A stretch of DNA of 44,720 bases, taken from positions 1-44,720 of the forward strand of contig JBCCQY010000061.1 of the NCBI GenBank assembly GCA_039208735.1. Direction: 5' to 3'. The translations under genes and the position numbers were made by a program. This document shows positions 37,205 to 44,720 of the stretch, one piece after another. How positions within the stretch are numbered: the stretch's first letter is position 1; every line of letters begins with the position of its first letter. The DNA comes from Myxococcota bacterium (lineage in GTDB: Bacteria; Myxococcota_A; UBA796; GCA-2862545). The notes beneath the pieces are model-generated. The model was given only the letters and a program-made list of their open reading frames with translations. It searched no databases and was not told the origin of the DNA.

Positions 37205-38180
37205 CTTCACGCCTCCCCCGGTGGTCGTGCCCATCCATCTGGGATGCTGTCCGACCCCGCCACGGTGTCAGCTCTGCCCCCCGTCACCGCCGCCGCCCGA
37301 TGTCGACCTGATTCAAAAACTGATCGCTCACTACGCGAAAGCCCAACCGGATCGCCCGCTTGGTATCGCCTTCTTCGGCGGGCCCTTGCCCGAACCCGAC
37401 TGGCTCGCCGCTGCCGCTCCCCACCCCGTCGCGGTTCGCGTGCGTCCTGACTTCCTCACGCGAAAGGAGGCCCGACGACTCGCGGACGCGGGCGTCGTCT
37501 CCATCGAACTGGATGCGTTGACGTTGCATGGGGGGGCGCTCCGCGAGGCGGGCCGAACCCACCGGTCCCAGCTTGTGATCGAACAACTCGAGGGACTGCC
37601 CGCCCTGGGACTGCGACGCGGCGTGGTGCTCGCCCCGGGCCTGCCTCGTACCACCCACGCCGATGCGATTCACGATGCGGAAATGCTCGCTTCGCGAATC
37701 GACTTCGTCAGACTCCATCCCGTGCTGGTGCTCGCTGAATCTGGCCTCCGAGATGCCCAGATGGACGGCCAATACACCCCCCTCACGCTCGGGGAAGCGG
37801 TGACCACCTGCCTAGCCATGATGCAGGTCTTCGAAGCCGCCGGAGTTCGGGTCACCCGGGTGGGCGCAAACCCTGGCCCTGACGGCCTCGGGCGTGCCGT
37901 GGCAGGGCCCCGCCACCCGTCGCTGCGTCAGCTCGTCGAAGCCCGTCGAACGTTAGAACGGTTACATCGCGAATTGCGCGAAACTCACCCCGGAGACGCC
38001 ATCGTCATTCGATGCCATCCCGCTGACGAGACCCACACCCGCGGGCCCTACAACGACCACATCCGGTCTTTGCGGGCGGCCCACCAACTTGCGTCGGTCC
38101 ACGTGACGGCCGATGCCACCCTACCGCGTGGAGAAGTCGCCATCGACAACGTCCGCCCCGAGCCTCGGGAGGATGGATGA
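37194..38180 (+). CDS. Elp3-like radical SAM protein without acetyltransferase domain; non-canonical Cys motif
   Basis: HLGCCPTPPRCQLC, IAFFGG, VRPD, IEL, PGLP, RLHPVLV, YTPLTLGEAV and AGPRHPSLRQLVE. Located between rnc and era. Confidence 0.75.
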   Translation: MWIDFTPPPVVVPIHLGCCPTPPRCQLCPPSPPPPDVDLIQKLIAHYAKAQPDRPLGIAFFGGPLPEPDWLAAAAPHPVAVRVRPDFLTRKEARRLADAGVVSIELDALTLHGGALREAGRTHRSQLVIEQLEGLPALGLRRGVVLAPGLPRTTHADAIHDAEMLASRIDFVRLHPVLVLAESGLRDAQMDGQYTPLTLGEAVTTCLAMMQVFEAAGVRVTRVGANPGPDGLGRAVAGPRHPSLRQLVEARRTLERLHRELRETHPGDAIVIRCHPADETHTRGPYNDHIRSLRAAHQLASVHVTADATLPRGEVAIDNVRPEPREDG

Positions 38181-39127
38181 GCGAAGACTTCCGCTGTGGC
38201 TACGTGGCGCTGCTTGGGCGACCAAACGCAGGCAAGTCCACGCTGCTAAATCGGATCTTGGGCACCAAGCTCGCGATTACGAGTAGTAAGCCCCAAACGA
38301 CGCGCAATCGCATCGTTGGTGTGCATACCGATGAGCGTATGCAAGCGATTCTCGTTGACACCCCCGGCATCCATGAGGGGTGGACGGAACTCAATCGGGC
38401 CATGGTCCAAGCTGCCCGGTCGGTCCTCGACGATGTCGACGTGGTGTGCTGGATCCAGGACATGACGGTGCTTGCCGGCCGCGCGGAATCGGCGAGCGGC
38501 GTGATCCTCGACGAAGAAGATCAAGCCATGGCCGGCTGGCTTCGCGATCGAGGTCTTCCCATCGTATTTGTGGCCAACAAGATCGATGTGGTGCCTCACC
38601 CCCTACTGCTGCCCGTGATCCAAGCGATCACCGACGCGGTAGACGTCAAGGCGGCGATTCCCACGTCTGCATTGACCGGAGACGGCGTCGAAGCACTGCT
38701 CGCGGCCCTGGCTGACGCCTTGCCCGTCGGGCCGGCGCTCTTCAGCCCTGATGACTGGACGCAAGCCACCGAACGATTCCTGGTGGCCGAGATCATCCGC
38801 GAGAAGATCTTCCACCTGACCGAACAGGAAGTTCCCTACTCCACCCACGTGGTGATTCGTCAGTTCGATGAGAGTCAACGGGAGGGAGCACCCCGAAATC
38901 CAGGGATCGTACGCATCTTTGCGGATATCGTCGTCGAAAAGGAATCCCAAAAGGGCATCATCATCGGACGAGGTGGCGAGATGCTCAAGCGCATTGGGAC
39001 CCTCGCGCGCAAGGAACTCGTCGAGCTTTTGGACAGTCGCACCTACCTCGAGCTGTTCGTCCGCGTCGAGCGCGACTGGACGCGAACGTCACACGGTCTC
39101 AAGCGAGTCGGCTTCACCGACGAATGA
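38177..39127 (+). CDS. era: GTPase Era
   Basis: GRPNAGKSTL, KPQTTRNRI, DTPG, NKID, E.IREK...QEVPYS and SQKGIIIG. Confidence 0.97.
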   Translation: MSEDFRCGYVALLGRPNAGKSTLLNRILGTKLAITSSKPQTTRNRIVGVHTDERMQAILVDTPGIHEGWTELNRAMVQAARSVLDDVDVVCWIQDMTVLAGRAESASGVILDEEDQAMAGWLRDRGLPIVFVANKIDVVPHPLLLPVIQAITDAVDVKAAIPTSALTGDGVEALLAALADALPVGPALFSPDDWTQATERFLVAEIIREKIFHLTEQEVPYSTHVVIRQFDESQREGAPRNPGIVRIFADIVVEKESQKGIIIGRGGEMLKRIGTLARKELVELLDSRTYLELFVRVERDWTRTSHGLKRVGFTDE

Positions 39128-39161
39128 GAGCCACGGCGCACGCCTGGCACTCCCTCGGGGT

Positions 39162-39190
39162 TTGCACGGACGCGAGGCACCGCGTAACGT
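39162..39190 (+). promoter_or_regulatory. Putative sigma-70 promoter of the AGCS symporter gene
   Basis: TTGCAC-N17-TAACGT, followed by a GGAGG RBS and ATG at 39212. Confidence 0.55.
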
Positions 39191-39211
39191 GGCCCGGTTG
39201 GAGGAAAGGGC

Positions 39212-41323
39212 ATGAAGCTTCTGTGGTTGGTACTCCCGCTCGTGTGGCTCGGGCTGCTAGGGGCGTCCGATGCGCGCGCTGATGATGGGACCGAGGCCGA
39301 GACCTCGGGCGTCCAACGCACCCTCGAAGCCATCGACAAAGCGTTTGGCGACTACGTCGTCGACAACCTCGAACTGGTCATGTTCTTCGACATCCTGTTT
39401 TGGGACAATCAACTCGACACCACGCTCGAGGCCGTGGGGGCCGAGGTTCCGGGTTCTGCCATCTCTCGCGACGATCTCGGCACGCTGCGCGTCGTCGACG
39501 TCGCGAAGGACGGATTCACCCTCCAGCCCTTCGTTCGTCTCGAATCGCCGCCCATCGATCAAGCCGATGTTCGCTACGGTCCGATCCGCGCCACGTTGAG
39601 GCGGGTCGTTCAAGGAGATCGAAGCGGCGGTCGCGCGCGCCTCATGGCCAGCGTGCCCGAGCAGGCCGTCGACGTGACCGCCCTCGGTCTCGAACCCTGG
39701 CCTGAGGCTCCCACGGAAGAAGACGCCGCGGTCGTGCTGGTTCCGGATGTGGCGCCCTTCCCCATCCGCGTGAATCGGGAGAACAGCACCGTACTCGCCA
39801 TGAGTGCGCCAGTGTCAGGCTCCCTCGACTACGCACGCGGCATGCACGTCGTCGCCCCCGATGGAGCGGTTGTGGTGGTGAGCCGCGTGACCGACGGAGC
39901 CGTCGAGGCGGTGGGCGACACCTTGACCGCGACAAGCCTCCCCAATCCCGGCGACCGCCAGCTGCCCCTCGTCGTGGCCTGGTTGGTGCTGGGTGCGGTG
40001 TTCTTCACCCTGCGCATGGCGTTCGTGAACGTTCGGATGTTTCCCCATGCGCTCGCGGTGACCGGAGGGACCTACGACAATCCTGAAGACGAAGGCGAGA
40101 TCAGCCATTTTCAGGCGCTGTCGTCCGCGTTGTCGGCCACCGTGGGCTTGGGCAATATCGCAGGGGTCGCAGTGGCGGTCAGCGCGGGCGGACCCGGCGC
40201 CATTTTCTGGATGGTCCTGGCCGGTTTCCTTGGCATGTCCAGCAAGTTCACGGAGTGCACGCTCGGCCAGATGTACCGCAAGACCCGCCCCGATGGCAGC
40301 GTGAGCGGAGGCCCCATGCACTACCTCGATGAGGGCCTTAGCGAAATGGGCCTCGGTGGGCTTGGCAAGGTGCTTGCCGTGCTCTTCGCCATCCTGTGCA
40401 TTGGAGGCTCCTTCGGCGGCGGGAACATGTTCCAGGCCAACCAGTCGTTCCAAGCGGTGGCCTTCGTGCTCACCGACGGCGGCTTCATCTCCGAAGCCAG
40501 CGTTGGGACCGTGGGCATCGTCTATGGGTTGGTCCTGACCTTCTTAGTCGGACTCGTGATCATCGGGGGCATCCAGCGGATTGGTGCCGCCGCAGGAATC
40601 ATCGTCCCCGTCATGTGCGTGGTCTATGTGCTGGCCGGGCTCTTCATCCTGATCGTCCATGCGTCGGACGTGCCCACCGCGCTAGCGACCATCGTGCGGG
40701 AGGCGTTCTCTCCACAAGCCGCGATCGTCGGTGGGTTTGTGGGGGTGCTCGTCCAGGGATTCCGACGAGCGGCGTTCTCCAACGAAGCCGGGGTCGGATC
40801 CGCATCGATCGCCCACTCGGCAGCCACCACCGCCTACCCAGTTCGGGAGGGCATCGTCGCCCTGCTCGAGCCGTTCGTCGACACGATCGTGGTGTGCACC
40901 ATGACGGGTCTCGTCGTGGTCGTGACCGGCGCCTACCAGTTCGACGCTGGCGGCGATGGCGTGGTCATGACCCAGCAGGCCTTCGGATCGGTGGTGTCCT
41001 GGTTCCCTCTCGTGCTGTCGCTCGCCGTCATCCTCTTTGCCTTCTCCACGATGATCAGCTGGAGCTACTACGGCGAACGGTGCTCGATTTGGCTCTTCGG
41101 GGATGCGGCAAAGCTTCCGTACCGTGTGGTGTTCCTGTTCTTCGTGTTCCTGGGCGCCAACCTTCAGTTCGGCAATGTGCTGAACTTCTCCGACCTCATG
41201 ATCTTGGGGATGGCCTTCCCGAACATCCTCGGCGCCGTCCTGCTCTCGGGCAAGGTCAAGGAGGCGCTCGATAACTACGTCGCCAGGCTGAATGCAGGCG
41301 AATTCGAGCGTCAATCGTCCTGA
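39212..41323 (+). CDS. Alanine/glycine:cation symporter (AGCS/AlsT family) with large N-terminal insertion
   Basis: ISHFQALSSALSATVGLGNIAGVA, GGPGAIFWM, GGPM.YL, GNMFQANQ, FSNEAGVGS, EPFVDTIVVCT and FAFSTMISWSYYG. Confidence 0.93.
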   Translation: MKLLWLVLPLVWLGLLGASDARADDGTEAETSGVQRTLEAIDKAFGDYVVDNLELVMFFDILFWDNQLDTTLEAVGAEVPGSAISRDDLGTLRVVDVAKDGFTLQPFVRLESPPIDQADVRYGPIRATLRRVVQGDRSGGRARLMASVPEQAVDVTALGLEPWPEAPTEEDAAVVLVPDVAPFPIRVNRENSTVLAMSAPVSGSLDYARGMHVVAPDGAVVVVSRVTDGAVEAVGDTLTATSLPNPGDRQLPLVVAWLVLGAVFFTLRMAFVNVRMFPHALAVTGGTYDNPEDEGEISHFQALSSALSATVGLGNIAGVAVAVSAGGPGAIFWMVLAGFLGMSSKFTECTLGQMYRKTRPDGSVSGGPMHYLDEGLSEMGLGGLGKVLAVLFAILCIGGSFGGGNMFQANQSFQAVAFVLTDGGFISEASVGTVGIVYGLVLTFLVGLVIIGGIQRIGAAAGIIVPVMCVVYVLAGLFILIVHASDVPTALATIVREAFSPQAAIVGGFVGVLVQGFRRAAFSNEAGVGSASIAHSAATTAYPVREGIVALLEPFVDTIVVCTMTGLVVVVTGAYQFDAGGDGVVMTQQAFGSVVSWFPLVLSLAVILFAFSTMISWSYYGERCSIWLFGDAAKLPYRVVFLFFVFLGANLQFGNVLNFSDLMILGMAFPNILGAVLLSGKVKEALDNYVARLNAGEFERQSS

Positions 41324-41955
41324 CGAATGCGGGCCAGGTAGTGAGCGGCCTTCCGAAAATCCCACCCCGTCCGTTGCATGATGGACTGCACGGTTCCCGC
41401 CAGCCCGATCGTTGCGATCAGCTGTTCAAGTTCGACGCGGGGCGGGGGAGTCACCGCCGGCAATGCGGGCGGCTCGGACGTCCGGGGCGAAGGCGAAGGC
41501 GCGCGATGGGCCACAGGTTCAGGCGGTGAATCCTCGGGCCGCGTGGTCGCGCGGCGGAGCTTGCGCGGCGGTGTGGCCTCGCGGGTTCGCCGCACCCGCG
41601 GCGGCGAGGCTCGCCTTGGAGGAGCCGGCTCCGCGGTGTCCGCCGGAGGAGCGTTCTCGCCCCGCCAGAAGCTGCCAAAATGTTCGTCATCCCAAGTTTG
41701 GCTGGGCCATGGCGGCGATTTGAGGCCTGGGGGCCAAGGCCGTTCGGACGGCCAGGACATTGGATCTTCCCCGAGGTCGAGCGGCGTGAAGCCCACCGTC
41801 ACCGATGGACGATCCCGACTGGGACCGCGATCCTTTCGATCGCGTGAACGCCACGCAGCAGGTTCCGCGAGGGCTCGGGTGAACGGCGCCCCGATCACGA
41901 TGGTCCCGACGAACCCGCCAAGCCCCAGGAGGATCGCCCAATCGATGCCAAACAT
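41311..41955 (-). CDS. Membrane-anchored Pro-rich hypothetical protein with short C-terminal helical domain
   Basis: N-terminal TM, WPS..PWP repeats, Pro/Arg linker and a C-terminal amphipathic helical segment. Fills the gap between two + strand genes. Confidence 0.6.
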   Translation of the reverse strand: MFGIDWAILLGLGGFVGTIVIGAPFTRALAEPAAWRSRDRKDRGPSRDRPSVTVGFTPLDLGEDPMSWPSERPWPPGLKSPPWPSQTWDDEHFGSFWRGENAPPADTAEPAPPRRASPPRVRRTREATPPRKLRRATTRPEDSPPEPVAHRAPSPSPRTSEPPALPAVTPPPRVELEQLIATIGLAGTVQSIMQRTGWDFRKAAHYLARIRQDD

Positions 41956-42059
41956 GGTCTGCCCTCGGCTTCCTCTCGATCGCTAACACGACCCAGTCGA
42001 GCGACGGAGAGGAGTGGAGTAGGCTCACGAGCTCGAAGCCGCAAGGAGGCGACCGGGTC

Positions 42060-43586
42060 ATGAGTTGGTGGACCTACGATGGTGGGCTGACACTATTGCC
42101 ACCCTTGGTGGCGATCGGCATGGCGTTGCTTACCCGGAGGGTGCTCGCGTCGCTTTCGTTGGCCCTGCTTGCGGGCGCGTGGGTGGTGGGCGAAGGCAGC
42201 GCGGTTGCGGCGAGTCGAGCCTTGGTCGATACGCTGTACCGGGTGATCGTCGACTTCGACAAGCTCACCATCACGGGCTTTTCGCTTTCGGTTGCGGCGA
42301 TGGTGGGGGTACTGTCGGCGGCAGGGGCCACCCACTCGCTCGTGGCATGGGCGACCACTTGGGCCCGCGGACGAAGAGGCGCCATGCTGGCCACCTGGGT
42401 GGCCGGAGGAACGGTGTTCTTCGACGACTATGCAAACTGCCTTGTCGTGGGAAACACGATGGGGCCTTTGTGCGATCGCCACGGCGTGAGTCGCGCCAAG
42501 CTCGCGTACCTGGTTGACGCGACGGCCGCACCCATCGCGTCACTGGCCGTGGTGTCCACCTGGGTGGGGTACGAGATCGGACTGTTGGGCGACGCGCTGG
42601 TCGGCACCGGAATCTCGGCCACGGGACTGCAGTTGTTTCTGCTCGCGCTTCCGTTCCGGTTCTACTGTTGGACCACGCTTGGGTTCGTAGGGCTTGTCGC
42701 AGCAACCGGTCGCGACTTTGGCCCGATGGCCGAGGCGGAGGCCGAAGCCGCGGCGCACCCCGTGGTGTCGTCGGAGGTACCAACCACTCCGGTTTGGGTG
42801 GCCATTCTGCCGATTCTGACGCTGGTCTTCGCGACGTTCGGGCTCATTTACAACAGTGGAAGGACCGCGCTGGCCGCCGACACCGAGGGACCGATGAACC
42901 CCGCACTCTTCGAGGTTCTGGGAGCCGCCGACGCCTTCACGAGCATGTTCATTGCTGCATTACTGTCCTTAGGACTTGCGTTCCTGCTCGTTTGGGGGAC
43001 GCGCACGGCCACCCCCGGACAAACCTCAAGGGCCGCCGCTGACGGCATGGGTACGATTCTGACTGCGATGGTGGTGCTGTACCTCGCGTGGACCTTGGGC
43101 GACCTCATTCAGTCGACGAATGCCGGCAATTTCCTGACCTCCTTGCTCCCAAGCGACCTTGCACCGGGCTACCTCCCGGCCCTCGTCTTTGTGCTCGCTT
43201 CGGTGACGGCGTTCTCAACCGGTTCGTCCTTCTTCACGATGGCCATTCTCATTCCGATCGCGGTGCCTCTTGCGACCACCGCATCAGGCGGAGAAGTAGG
43301 TCCGGTCCTGCTCGCCGCATCCGCTGCGGTTCTGGATGGTGCGGTTTTGGGCGACCACGCATCCCCGATCTCAGACACCACGATCCTTTCGTCCGCCGGG
43401 TCAAAAGTGGACGTGGTGACCCATGTACGAACGCAGTTGCCCTATGTTCTGGTAGCCGGAGCGCTTGCGGTCATTCTGGGGACGCTTCCCGCGAGCTTCG
43501 GCGTCACCCCATGGCTTCTCGTGCCCGCCGCCTGGGCCGCGAGCGGCGTAGTACTCATCGCGATCGGTCGCAACACCCGAACCTGA
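42060..43586 (+). CDS. NhaC-family Na+/H+ antiporter-like transporter
   Basis: LLPPLVAI, FFDDYAN, SRAKLAY..D.TAAP, STW, FSTGSS, GDHASPISDTTILSS and HV.TQLPY. AAGGAGG RBS. Confidence 0.92.
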   Translation: MSWWTYDGGLTLLPPLVAIGMALLTRRVLASLSLALLAGAWVVGEGSAVAASRALVDTLYRVIVDFDKLTITGFSLSVAAMVGVLSAAGATHSLVAWATTWARGRRGAMLATWVAGGTVFFDDYANCLVVGNTMGPLCDRHGVSRAKLAYLVDATAAPIASLAVVSTWVGYEIGLLGDALVGTGISATGLQLFLLALPFRFYCWTTLGFVGLVAATGRDFGPMAEAEAEAAAHPVVSSEVPTTPVWVAILPILTLVFATFGLIYNSGRTALAADTEGPMNPALFEVLGAADAFTSMFIAALLSLGLAFLLVWGTRTATPGQTSRAAADGMGTILTAMVVLYLAWTLGDLIQSTNAGNFLTSLLPSDLAPGYLPALVFVLASVTAFSTGSSFFTMAILIPIAVPLATTASGGEVGPVLLAASAAVLDGAVLGDHASPISDTTILSSAGSKVDVVTHVRTQLPYVLVAGALAVILGTLPASFGVTPWLLVPAAWAASGVVLIAIGRNTRT

Positions 43587-43710
43587 TTTCCACGATTGTT
43601 GCCACACCTTGCCGCCGGAAGAGATACGGCCGCTGCACCCCGTTTCAAGCCGGGACACGGGATGCAGCCGTCGATCCGACCATCTGCCAGCACCGGCGGG
43701 ACCGAAAGCG

Positions 43711-44016
43711 ATGTCAGGGAACAAGCTGTTTGTAGGTGGGCTTGCGTGGGCCACCCGGGATGATGATCTTCACGCGGCCTTTTCTGCCTACGGTGAAGTT
43801 ACGGACGCACGAGTTGTGCTCGACCGAGAGACGGGTCGTTCACGCGGGTTCGGGTTCGTGACCTTTGCAAGCCCCGACGAGGCGGCCGATGCCCGCTCCG
43901 CGATGGACGGTGCAGAACTCGATGGCCGCACCATTCGCGTCGATGAGGCGCAAGACCGTCGCGGCGGTGGCGGTGGCGGCGGCGGTGGCGGTGGCGGCCG
44001 TCGCGGCGGCTGGTAA
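43711..44016 (+). CDS. RRM RNA-binding protein with Gly-rich tail
   Basis: RNP2 KLFVGGL, RNP1 RGFGFVTF, DRETGRS and GRTIRV. The poly-Gly tail is encoded by GGC/GGT repeats. Confidence 0.95.
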   Translation: MSGNKLFVGGLAWATRDDDLHAAFSAYGEVTDARVVLDRETGRSRGFGFVTFASPDEAADARSAMDGAELDGRTIRVDEAQDRRGGGGGGGGGGGGRRGGW

Positions 44017-44146
44017 GACCGACTTCGCGATCCATCTCCTCACGCGGCGCGCGTTTCGAAGATTGCGGCGACGTCATCTCCGAGACTGCTGAGCGATGGC
44101 CGACGTGCACGACGCCCGTGTAGCCGTCGGACGCAGAGAGGAATCG

Positions 44147-44254
44147 ATGAATCGCACGTTCTAGGCGTGTGGTGAAGAGCGGAAAGCGGAACTCACGCCT
44201 GAAGAATTTGATGTGCTACGCCAGCAAGGTACCGAAGGGGCCTTGGCCGGCTGA
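44147..44254 (+). pseudogene. msrB: Decayed 5' fragment of peptide-methionine (R)-S-oxide reductase
   Basis: AGAGGA RBS and ATG at 44147 read MNRTF*ACGEERKAELTPEEFDVLRQQGTEGALAG*. This resembles the MsrB N-terminal motif EEW...LTPE.Y.VLR..GTER.FTG. In-frame TAG at 44162; truncated at TGA 44252. Confidence 0.7.
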
Positions 44255-44255
44255 C

Positions 44256-44720
44256 CTACGTGCTGTCCTTCATCCGTCGAGCGCGAAGGCGAGACAGCAA
44301 GGCATCGACTTTCTCAGCGGTCGAACGATGGCCGTCTCGCCACTCGTCATCGGCCTCTTCAAGTGACAGGTCGTCTCCGCTCGGGTCGGCGGTGTTGCGC
44401 ACAGGAGGGCTCGTGTCGCGGTTGGGGGGAGGCCAAACGATCCCCGTACGACCGGACCGGACCGCCCGCTGCAGCGTCGGAGGGTCCCCTCCCTCCTCGT
44501 CTTGCACAAGTCGACGACGACCGTAGAGGCCCGTCGCAGACTCGTTGTTCCCCCCGGCGAGCGGGCGACCGAGGCTCGCCATCCGGCCTTCTGATCCCGA
44601 TGTTTCGTCGAGCTCATCGGTGAAGTGAGGAAGCGCATCTCCGAGGCCTTGTCGCTGGGCGAGGCGGGCTCGGCGGGCCTCCTGACGCCGTTCGCGTTCG
44701 GCGCGCGCGGCCCGATCTGC
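44256..44720 (-). CDS. C-terminal part of a hypothetical protein (5' end outside window)
   Basis: Frame is open from the window end (ADRAARAERERRQEARRARL...) through to AEKVDALLSRLRARRMKDST* with protein-like composition. Confidence 0.6.
   Translation of the reverse strand, partial: ADRAARAERERRQEARRARLAQRQGLGDALPHFTDELDETSGSEGRMASLGRPLAGGNNESATGLYGRRRLVQDEEGGDPPTLQRAVRSGRTGIVWPPPNRDTSPPVRNTADPSGDDLSLEEADDEWRDGHRSTAEKVDALLSRLRARRMKDST

Noticed and set aside
39145..39166. Sigma-54 promoter (TGGCAC...TTGCA) or glycine riboswitch before the AGCS gene
   Set aside because: The spacing is 11 nt rather than the required 5. A sigma-70-like promoter fits better and leaves a leader too short for a riboswitch.
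43960..44010. GGC/GGT microsatellite as a contingency locus
   Set aside because: It encodes the ordinary poly-Gly tail of RRM proteins.
44162..44254. Stop-codon recoding (Pyl TAG or Sec TGA) rescuing msrB
   Set aside because: The sequence after the TGA does not continue as MsrB (no CxxC or GWPSF), conserved residues are mutated, and a convergent gene occupies the space.
44169..44366. 65-aa + strand ORF (…KARQQGIDFL…)
   Set aside because: Its 5' half is an alternative frame of the msrB relic and its 3' half is antisense to the more credible minus-strand CDS.
1..44720. Mobile elements, prophage, defence systems, tRNA/rRNA
   Set aside because: By eye I found no transposase, integrase, phage or toxin-antitoxin motifs, no cloverleaf or rRNA-like sequence and no evident compositional island. 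A tRNAscan/Rfam/DefenseFinder run would be the formal test.

Overview
High-GC, densely packed bacterial chromosomal segment. The zinc-ribbon/PEGA-type and lipoprotein architectures suggest a Myxococcota/delta-proteobacterial origin (inference). About 35 CDS. Most are core housekeeping genes: glmS, mutS, rsmB, rpsA, cmk, aroA, accA, miaA, mutL, der, mnmA, rnc and era, plus YfgM-like/BamB-like proteins, an acyl-CoA dehydrogenase, a PLP aminotransferase, AGCS and NhaC transporters and an RRM protein. The left 10 kb is more accessory: a TIGR04282-like glycosyltransferase, a DUF218 protein, an ECF sigma/ZAS anti-sigma pair, a TPR-thioredoxin protein and two lipoproteins. I see no rRNA, tRNA, CRISPR array, transposase, prophage or defence cassette, and I cannot support one clear new multi-gene system. 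The strongest leads are at motif level: a MutL lacking all C-terminal endonuclease motifs; an Elp3-like radical SAM with a non-canonical CX5CX2C motif between rnc and era; an apparently catalytically dead metallophosphoesterase lipoprotein behind glmS with a start/frame anomaly; a kinase-less zinc-ribbon/TM/PEGA protein; an AGCS symporter with a ~185-aa insertion; a tandem-repeat tail and SD-less structured leader on rpsA; a rod-like intergenic structure; and a decayed msrB relic missing from the ORF track. All family assignments come from motif recognition by eye, not from database searches.
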